A DNA stretch of 54,975 bases, taken from the NCBI GenBank assembly GCA_027345565.1, contig DAHWIF010000002.1:1-54975 (forward strand). Reading direction: 5' to 3'. Within the stretch, counting starts at the first letter, position 1, and each line of letters opens with the position of its first letter. The position numbers and the translations under genes were made by a program. Under the pieces are notes generated by a model that saw only the letters and a list, made by a program, of their open reading frames with translations, had not been told where the DNA came from and did not search any database. Shown one piece after another: positions 48,242 to 54,975 of the stretch. The stretch comes from Candidatus Micrarchaeota archaeon (GTDB lineage: Archaea; Micrarchaeota; Micrarchaeia; Micrarchaeales; Micrarchaeaceae).

Positions 48242-48335
48242 ATAAACACTAGAGATAATTGACTGAATGATATTTAATATGTTTGCAACATATAAGGTTC
48301 TAAATACCTTTAGCGGTATACGTCTTGGGGGTTAG

Positions 48336-49118
48336 ATGAAAAAGAAGTTTATCTATATAGGGATAATACTACTTGTGGTTGCATTCGCCATGCTTGTGCT
48401 TGCTGGCAGCATGCTCAAGTCCACAGTGAACAACCTATTCACGCAGAAGAATGTCACTATCGGCCCAGCCGCATTCTCATACGAGCAGGTCCAGCTAACG
48501 CGCCAGCCAGCTATAATCGCGATGATCAGCGATGCGCCTGTGAATTTCTATGTATTCAATAGCACAGGCTTCCTCAGATGGAGCAGCTCAATGTATCCAA
48601 CTAACTCGCCTTCAGGGTACAAATCCGCGCTGTCGCTTGAAAGTGCAGGACTGGTCTATGGATATTTAGGCACGAAGTCCGCCACGGTTCCGTATTCCGC
48701 ATCTATAGACAACACGACTCCGTTCTACGAGACAAACAGCACATCGCTGGATAACGTGACAGGGACCTATTACGCTGTCATTGACAACACCAACGGAAGC
48801 GCGTCAAGCGCAAACGGCGTGAAAGCCTCCGTGTTGTACGAGTCAACATCTTCGTCTCTTTCAAGTTCGCAGGCAGCGTCAGCAATCGGGGTGCTTGCCG
48901 CAGGCGCGAGTTTCTTCGTACTGCTCATCGCGGGCATAGCTCTCGTGATATACGGGCTTGTGAAGAAGCAGCCGGTCGCTCCCGGAGCGCCATCGCCTGC
49001 GCAGCAGGCTGTGCAGAAAAGCGACATGACAGAGGAGCAGATAGACCAGCTTTATAAGAACATTAAAAAGAAGTCCCAGAGAAAGGGCAAGAAGAGCATG
49101 CAGACAAAGGCCGAATGA
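48336..49118 (+). CDS. Hypothetical membrane protein (two TMs around an extracellular beta domain)
   Basis: N-terminal TM, GTYYAVIDN strand, C-terminal TM, basic tail; overlaps the next gene (ATGA). Confidence 0.75.
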   Translation: MKKKFIYIGIILLVVAFAMLVLAGSMLKSTVNNLFTQKNVTIGPAAFSYEQVQLTRQPAIIAMISDAPVNFYVFNSTGFLRWSSSMYPTNSPSGYKSALSLESAGLVYGYLGTKSATVPYSASIDNTTPFYETNSTSLDNVTGTYYAVIDNTNGSASSANGVKASVLYESTSSSLSSSQAASAIGVLAAGASFFVLLIAGIALVIYGLVKKQPVAPGAPSPAQQAVQKSDMTEEQIDQLYKNIKKKSQRKGKKSMQTKAE

Positions 49119-49810
49119 CCATGGACGAACTCAGGGAGAAAATAGCGGGCGAGATTGCGCTGTCGGAGAGCCCAGGCAGCGCAATGAAGAAATGGCGAGA
49201 GCTCTTCGGCGTAACGCAGGTAGAGCTTGCAAAGCAAATCAAGATATCCACTTCAACGATAAGCGACTATGAGAGTAACCGTAGGATGAGCCCCGGAGTG
49301 GGCGTGATAAAGAGGTTCGTGGACGCGTTGTTCTCGATAGATGAGGAGAAGGGAAGCACTGTGGTACAGGGGCTTGAGAAGCTGTCTCCGAAGAGGACCG
49401 AGGAGAAGTTCTACACAGTCCATGATTTCGCAGCGCCGATAAGCGGCATAGACTTCAACCGCGTCATAGACGGCAAGATAATAGTCAACCCGAGCTACCT
49501 GGACTCGGTGAGGCTCTTCGGGTACACGTCAGTTGACAGCCTCAAGGTGATACTCGAGATGTCTCCATCGGAGTACCCAAAACTGTTCGGCTCTACGCTC
49601 GAGAGGGCGTTCCTCTTCGACCACGTATCGACCGGAAGGTCGCCCATGGTGGTGATAAGGGTCGCGCCGATAAAGCCGAAGCTGGTGGTGCTCCACGGCA
49701 TAACGACCATAGACAAGCTCGCGATAAAGATCGCGCAGATAGAGAAGATACCCCTCCTTACGACGAAGCTGAACATGGAGGAGATCTACGAGCGGCTTAA
49801 TAAGATATAA
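49115..49810 (+). CDS. HTH transcriptional regulator (COG1709-like)
   Basis: IAGEIALS, KKWRELFGVTQVELA, STISDYESNRR, STGRSPMVVIRV. Confidence 0.9.
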   Translation: MTMDELREKIAGEIALSESPGSAMKKWRELFGVTQVELAKQIKISTSTISDYESNRRMSPGVGVIKRFVDALFSIDEEKGSTVVQGLEKLSPKRTEEKFYTVHDFAAPISGIDFNRVIDGKIIVNPSYLDSVRLFGYTSVDSLKVILEMSPSEYPKLFGSTLERAFLFDHVSTGRSPMVVIRVAPIKPKLVVLHGITTIDKLAIKIAQIEKIPLLTTKLNMEEIYERLNKI

Positions 49811-49891
49811 ACGGTGTGAGGGTGTGACATGCCGGTACCGAAAGTCTCACGCAAGCAAAATAGATCAGCAATGCTGCTAGGCTTAAGAAGC

Positions 49892-50632
49892 TCAACCCCA
49901 AACATCCGCGCTTATTCTTTGGGGCGGAATGCCCAATGAAGCCAGCGAATCCTTCACAGCCTTCACGAAAGCGAGTGGCCCGCATATGTAGCACATCCTC
50001 TCTGCAAAGTCCGGTGTGTACTTCTGGACCATCGGCGCGTCCACGTGCCCAGTCTGACCTGTCCAGCCGTCACCCTCTATAGGTCTGGTTACCGTCACTG
50101 TCATCTTGAGCTTCAGCTGCTGCTGCAGTGCGTCCAATTCATCCTTCTTTATTATCTCTGTCGGGAACTTCACGCTGTACAGCATTATCACGTCCGTTGT
50201 TGCGTTAATTATTTTCATGTGCCTTAGCATCGACATGAACGGCGCCAGGCCTGTGCCGCCTGCGATGAACAAGACCTTCTTGTCCTTGTTTGGGTCGAAC
50301 CTGAACTGGCCGTTCGGGCCCTTCACCAGGAACGGGTCGCCTGGCTCGATATCATTAAAGTGCGACCTTCCTATGTGCTCGCCGTGCGTCGGGTTCTTTA
50401 TAACGAAGAACTCCATGTTCACGGATGAAGGGTCGGAAGCGATGGATAGCGCCCTACCAACATGCTTCTCGCCGGTCTGCTTGTCCACCCCAGAAAGCAT
50501 CATGAACATCCCAGGATCGAACGCGTTCGGCTGCCCGTCATCCGGCTTCATCCCTATTATTAGCACTTCGGGAGTCTCGTCTATCTTCTCCGTTATGGAA
50601 TACTTCCTCTCAACTATCGGGTATGTCACCAT
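49892..50632 (-). CDS. FNR-like FAD/NAD(P)-dependent oxidoreductase
   Basis: RALSIAS, GPNGQF, IAGGTGLAPFMSM, YICGP. Confidence 0.88.
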   Translation of the reverse strand: MVTYPIVERKYSITEKIDETPEVLIIGMKPDDGQPNAFDPGMFMMLSGVDKQTGEKHVGRALSIASDPSSVNMEFFVIKNPTHGEHIGRSHFNDIEPGDPFLVKGPNGQFRFDPNKDKKVLFIAGGTGLAPFMSMLRHMKIINATTDVIMLYSVKFPTEIIKKDELDALQQQLKLKMTVTVTRPIEGDGWTGQTGHVDAPMVQKYTPDFAERMCYICGPLAFVKAVKDSLASLGIPPQRISADVWG

Positions 50633-50644
50633 CTTACCACATCG

Positions 50645-52051
50645 CTAGTGCACAATCTTGTCCTCAAGCGCCTCGCGAAGCATCCGTGCATAACGCTCCG
50701 GTATCCTGTTTATGTAGAGCCTTGTTTTACTTTTGCTTATATAAGACGGAAACTTTATATTGTTATGCGAAATTATATCGCGCAGCGCCTCTGACGGTGC
50801 GGAATGTTTCGGCTTCTCTATCGAGGTGAGCCTGTCCTGGTCCAGGAATGTGATGTTGGCCTTGCCGTGGGATCTCATGAACGCCTCGGCGGAACTGCCC
50901 ATGAGCGCGCTAGGCCCGCGCACCACCGCAATCCTTTTTGCAGCGTTTTCCATGAGGAATGCGACCATCGCATCCCTGTTTGATATTCCCTGCAGCGATA
51001 GTACTGGAGGGAAACCGAGGTGGTGCAGTTCCTGCGATATCCGCTCCCTCAGCCTCTTGAGCTGCTGCCAGAGTATGTCCTCAGTCATCTCAGGGAGCCT
51101 GAATGACAGCAGCGCTATGTCTATGCCGAAATCGTTGCCCAGTTTCTTTACCAAGCCCCTTGCCCACAATTCCTGGTAGCCTCTCGTGTAGAAGGTGTTG
51201 ACACTAGGGTTATCCATGAAAGAGCGCGCCGACAGTGCGGCCTTGGCCAGCGACTCCATAGAGACGTTCGCAGCCACATTCCTGTTGCGGTCCGTCGGAT
51301 CTATCACTATAAAATCGCTGTTGAACCTTTTCGTCATCTCATCCTTGTTGCACCTCTCATTGCCCCTGTCGAGTATGTCTATAGCTTCCGGGAGACTTAG
51401 CGACGATAGGCTCTCTATGACACCGATGAATGAGCCGTAATAATACACCAGAAGCTCGCAGAGATACCCAGAAAAACCCTCTATCTTCGCCTCGGCCCCG
51501 TATATGTTGCGCGCATCAAAGAATGTCTTCAGGAGCCTTACGTCGTTCCTCTGCTTCTGCGACAGCCTCGTGTTTACGAACTGGTTGTGGAGCTGGGTCC
51601 TGTCGACGGCGCTGCCCATCTCCTCAGCCTTGCTTATCCTGAACGCAGGGACTATGTCGGCGGTGGCGGCCACGCCTTTCAGGAACATCCTGACATAAGG
51701 ATGTTCAGCGTATTTTATCTCGTAGCGCTCTCCGCCCTTCTTTATCATCTGCTTTGCTATCCTTACCCCCGCCTCCTCCATCTTCCTCTCCTCCATGGTC
51801 TTGGGGAACAGCAGGAATATGTCTATGTCTGATGTTCCGCGTATCTGCGTGCCCCTCGCCACAGAGCCCACAAGCAGTATATCTACGCCCTTTGGTGCGA
51901 CCTCCTTCAGCCTGCCCATGAGCTCGTTCGACTTCGCGTTTAGAAGCTTTATCTCGTTGGGCGTTGGCTTCACGTCAGCCAGGACCTTATGCAGCACCCG
52001 CTCTGCCATGTCCAGTTTACGTTTGCTGAATGCCTGCTTACGCCGCTCCAC
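50645..52051 (-). CDS. cca: CCA-adding tRNA nucleotidyltransferase (archaeal class I)
   Basis: VGSVARGT, DIDIF, YAEHPY, DIVPA, SAVDRT, GFSGYLCELL, IDPTD. Start is GTG 52051 or ATG 52009. Confidence 0.95.
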   Translation of the reverse strand: MERRKQAFSKRKLDMAERVLHKVLADVKPTPNEIKLLNAKSNELMGRLKEVAPKGVDILLVGSVARGTQIRGTSDIDIFLLFPKTMEERKMEEAGVRIAKQMIKKGGERYEIKYAEHPYVRMFLKGVAATADIVPAFRISKAEEMGSAVDRTQLHNQFVNTRLSQKQRNDVRLLKTFFDARNIYGAEAKIEGFSGYLCELLVYYYGSFIGVIESLSSLSLPEAIDILDRGNERCNKDEMTKRFNSDFIVIDPTDRNRNVAANVSMESLAKAALSARSFMDNPSVNTFYTRGYQELWARGLVKKLGNDFGIDIALLSFRLPEMTEDILWQQLKRLRERISQELHHLGFPPVLSLQGISNRDAMVAFLMENAAKRIAVVRGPSALMGSSAEAFMRSHGKANITFLDQDRLTSIEKPKHSAPSEALRDIISHNNIKFPSYISKSKTRLYINRIPERYARMLREALEDKIVH

Positions 52052-52090
52052 CGAATCAATAATGATAAGGCAACAACCCTTAAATAGATA

Positions 52091-53065
52091 TTACTGCTTC
52101 TTCGCCTTCTTCTGTTGCCCGCTCTCGTCAGCCTTTTTCCCGGGCCCGCCCTCATCGGGTTTCTTCCGCTGCTCTATTATCTCCTTCAAACCTGAAATGC
52201 CCATTGGCAGTGGCATGCTGAAGCCCTTCGATTCCGTGGGAATGAACACCATCACGTTCTTCCCCGCAAGGCTTATCTCGTACATCATGTTCAAGCCGCG
52301 GAGCTGCATGGCGAACGGGTCCTTTTCGTACTTGTGTGCCGCTTCCAGCATCTTGTCTGCAGCAAGAGACTCGCTCTCGGCAAGGATGACCCTGGCCTGC
52401 TTCTCCCTGTCGGAGGTAGCAACCCTCGCCATCGCATTCTGCAGTTCTGGAGGTATCGCTACGTCGCGTATCTCGACGGATATCGCCTCAACGCCCCAGC
52501 TGGTAACGCGCTCCTCTATAAGCGCCTGTATGTCCCTCCCGATCTTGTCCCTTCCGGAAAGCATCAGAGAAAGCTCGCTTTTGCCTATCACGTCGCGCAT
52601 CGCTGTTTGCGACGCAAGCAGCACAGAGTCGTAGTAAGACTGCACGTTCAGCACAGCGTTTTCCGGATTCCGAACCTGCCAGAACAGTATCGCATCGACA
52701 TCCACCGGCACGTTGTCCTTTGTCAGTGTCCTTTCCGCCTTGAACGCGGTTCTTATCACCGTGAGGTCCAGCCTTACCGGTGTCCGGTCTATCAGCGGCA
52801 CTATCAGGTACGGCCCCGGCCCTATGACCCCGACATATCTCCCAAGGCGGAAGACCGCCATCCTGTTCCACTGATTCAGCACCCTTAAGGAGAGCGCAAG
52901 CACGATGATGAGTATGAAGAAGAAGGCTATGCCTGCGGATATGACGCTGAGCGTAAGGTAGTACGCAAGCCCCGTTATTACGGCCACCACGAGGACGTCG
53001 ACAGCAGCCGCTTTGCCAAAAGCGTAGGTCCTTGCAGTCCCCACAGATGGCTTCTCGCCAGCCAT
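52091..53065 (-). CDS. SPFH/slipin (stomatin-like) membrane protein
   Basis: AVFRLGR, GPG, TKDNVPVDVDA, WGVEAISVEIRDV, AMARVA, AMQLR. Confidence 0.92.
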   Translation of the reverse strand: MAGEKPSVGTARTYAFGKAAAVDVLVVAVITGLAYYLTLSVISAGIAFFFILIIVLALSLRVLNQWNRMAVFRLGRYVGVIGPGPYLIVPLIDRTPVRLDLTVIRTAFKAERTLTKDNVPVDVDAILFWQVRNPENAVLNVQSYYDSVLLASQTAMRDVIGKSELSLMLSGRDKIGRDIQALIEERVTSWGVEAISVEIRDVAIPPELQNAMARVATSDREKQARVILAESESLAADKMLEAAHKYEKDPFAMQLRGLNMMYEISLAGKNVMVFIPTESKGFSMPLPMGISGLKEIIEQRKKPDEGGPGKKADESGQQKKAKKQ

Positions 53066-53119
53066 GACATGTAGATTGGTGCTGGAGTTTATTTAACCCT
53101 TTGCACATAATCTAAAGGA

Positions 53120-53190
53120 GGGCTCGTAGTATAGTAGTAAAACACGCTCTTCGCAAGGGCGAGTCGCGGGTGCGATTCCCGCCGAGTCCA
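53120..53190 (+). tRNA. tRNA-Ala(CGC) with atypical D/T loops
   Basis: Acceptor GGGCTCG/CGAGTCC+A with G3:U70, anticodon arm CGCTC-TTCGCAA-GGGCG, T-arm GCGGG-TGCGATT-CCCGC; TATA-like element about 25 nt upstream. Confidence 0.9.
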
Positions 53191-53193
53191 AAT

Positions 53194-53596
53194 TTACTTT
53201 TTGTTTGCATCCAATTGCCTGGCAAATCCTGCAAAATCCCACTCTTCCCAAGTTTCAGCTATCTTGTCATCTTTGATTTTTGCTATAATGATTCCATGCG
53301 TACTAATCCCCTTGTTAGTTGGTTGCCATTCGTAGAATCTGCCAGTATGAATCCCATACCATACATATCGGAAAACAATCTTATCCGCATCTTGTATTTC
53401 ATCCAGTATGTTAAAACGCTGATTCTGAAATGCATTTTTTAGTTTAGAGGCGAATTCTTTTACCTCTTCGACCCCACGTATTACTGAAGGTTGGTGTTCT
53501 CTATAGTCCTTTGTCAGTAATTCGCCCAATATTTTATTGTCTGAAAGGCCAAATTTTACCTTGAAGATATTTGTATAATAGATCTCTGCTTTCCAT
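53194..53596 (-). pseudogene. SnoaL-like ester cyclase, frameshifted
   Basis: MESRDLLYKYLQGKIW in one frame joins SDNKILGELLTKDYREH...GIHTGRF...PTNK...KIAETWEEWD in another; one extra base near 53548-53550. Confidence 0.7.
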
Positions 53597-53736
53597 ACAA
53601 TCAGCAATATGCAATTGCAAGATAAATTCATAATAATGTTTAGCGGACTGGGCTTCACAAAAGATGTACAGCGCCAAGTTGCGTGTTAGCGCCTTTTTAT
53701 TTACGTACAGTATAATAAACGTAAAGTATATAAATA

Positions 53737-53754
53737 TGTATAGTATACTATACA
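53737..53754. promoter_or_regulatory. Perfect 18-bp palindrome, candidate operator
   Basis: TGTATAGTATACTATACA lies between the TATA box (53727-53734) and the ATG at 53758. Confidence 0.55.
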
Positions 53755-53757
53755 AGT

Positions 53758-54975
53758 ATGTCTAGACTCGATGACTTTAAGTATGTGCTTACTTTCTGGA
53801 GAGAGATGGACATTCCAAAGATCATAGAAAGGAAGATCAAGCTAGATTTAGACGCAGATAAAGTAATTGTCGTTGCTGGAGTGAGACGTTCGGGTAAAAC
53901 AAGCTTAATGTTTCAGCATATTAAAGAGTTAATGAATAGAAATGTAACAAAAGATAATATTATTTATGTTAATTTTGAAAATGAGCGCCTAATAGCTATC
54001 AAAGCAACAGATATGGACGATCTCCTGGTTGCACATTCACAAATATTCAATCCTACAAGGGGAACCATATACCTGTTCTTGGATGAAATTCAGAACGTGA
54101 AGAATTGGGATAAATGGATACGGAAGGTGTATGACACAAAAAAATATAAGATTATAATAACTGGATCATCATCAGAGCTGCTTAGCAGCGAAATAGCAAC
54201 ATCGCTTGCAGGTAGGAATCTTTCTTATACTGTTTATCCATTCTCCTTTAGCGAGATGTTAAAATCAAGAGGGATGACTGCGGATATCGATAGCATAAAA
54301 TTTTCTTCAAAGAAAGGCACCGTACTAAAAATGCTAGACGAGTTTCTTGAATACGGCTCTTTTCCGGAAGTTATACTTTCAAATGATACTACGAGAAAAA
54401 TGGATCTTTTATCATCGTACTTCGATGCTATATTCTTTAGGGATATAATAAAGAGGTATAATTTGAGGGAGACCGGTGCGTTAAATATTTTCCTTAAGAT
54501 AATTGCTGGTAACTATTCAACGTATTTCAGTTCAACAAAGGCCCAGAATTATTTCAATAGTATGGGTTTTGAGATTAGTAGGGTTACAATCCTTAACTTT
54601 TTAGAATACTCTAAATCAGTATTCTTTGCTGAAATCTTAGAACAGTACTTGAAAAGCCCAAGGAAGCGCTTTGCCAGGCAGGTAAAAAGTTATATTGTTG
54701 ATATTGGATTAGCAAAATTGTTTACAGATATAGACAGAGGCAGGGCACTTGAAAATGCGGTATTCGTCGAGTTGCTAAGAAGGAAAAAGGCACCAGACAG
54801 CATTTATTATCTAAAACTGAAATCAGGTAAAGAGATTGATTTCATAGTTGGCTGGAAATCTACTAAATTAATACAAGTATGCTATGAACTTTCTAGCGAC
54901 GATGTAAAAAACAGGGAAACTTCAGCATTAGTTGAAGCTGCAAAAGCACTTAAACTTAAGGAAGGAACCATAATT
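53758..54975 (+). CDS. AAA+ ATPase, COG1373 type (AAA_14 + DUF4143), 3' truncated by window edge
   Basis: Not in the ORF track. MSRLDDFKY...GVRRSGKT, FLDEIQ, TGSSS, LAGR, YGSFPE, KSYIVDIG, ENAVF, EIDF, LIQV. Confidence 0.9.
   Translation, partial: MSRLDDFKYVLTFWREMDIPKIIERKIKLDLDADKVIVVAGVRRSGKTSLMFQHIKELMNRNVTKDNIIYVNFENERLIAIKATDMDDLLVAHSQIFNPTRGTIYLFLDEIQNVKNWDKWIRKVYDTKKYKIIITGSSSELLSSEIATSLAGRNLSYTVYPFSFSEMLKSRGMTADIDSIKFSSKKGTVLKMLDEFLEYGSFPEVILSNDTTRKMDLLSSYFDAIFFRDIIKRYNLRETGALNIFLKIIAGNYSTYFSSTKAQNYFNSMGFEISRVTILNFLEYSKSVFFAEILEQYLKSPRKRFARQVKSYIVDIGLAKLFTDIDRGRALENAVFVELLRRKKAPDSIYYLKLKSGKEIDFIVGWKSTKLIQVCYELSSDDVKNRETSALVEAAKALKLKEGTII

Larger units (their letters stand above)
53191..54975. 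mobile_element. Left end of a low-GC genomic island at the tRNA-Ala 3' end
   Basis: Abrupt composition shift right after the tRNA (hand-counted lines 23% and 38% GC vs 55-60% in core lines). No integrase in the window. Confidence 0.65.

Noticed and set aside
49829-49939. 36-aa basic ORF with a strong GAGGGTG RBS-like sequence
   Set aside because: Overlaps the convergent oxidoreductase by 48 bp and has no recognisable features; at most a remnant gene start.

Overview
About 55 kb of an archaeal chromosome. It is most consistent with a DPANN/Micrarchaeota-like acidophile; this is inferred from the compact core genes, AQSAxEYxITYGW pilin-like proteins and an acidophile-type A/V-ATPase. Most of the window is housekeeping: rps2, rps15, rps3Ae, rpl21e, rpoF, leuS, valS, aspS, asnS, topA, trmI, rtcB, nfo, rfcL, cca, uppS, DGGGP synthase, an AglH-like GPT, a complete atpK-E-C-F-A-B-D-H-I operon with a 522-aa LAGLIDADG intein in atpA, and two tRNAs. 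The most unusual items are: (1) a stand-alone single-repeat 'half' TBP with intact DNA-contact motifs; (2) a pilin-anchored 1129-aa adhesin with 18 YVTN blades in a 3-3-6-3-3 pattern and two Tyr-rich Cys-stapled loops that diverge almost only non-synonymously; (3) an unannotated 37-aa membrane microprotein translationally coupled inside the ATP synthase operon; (4) an acidic histone with a long basic C-terminal tail; (5) a COG1373-type ATPase between two copies of the prepilin peptidase 3' end; (6) low-GC tracts flanking the intein; (7) an orphan promoter with a structured candidate sRNA; (8) a low-GC island starting at an atypical tRNA-Ala. All calls come from reading the sequence; no searches were run.
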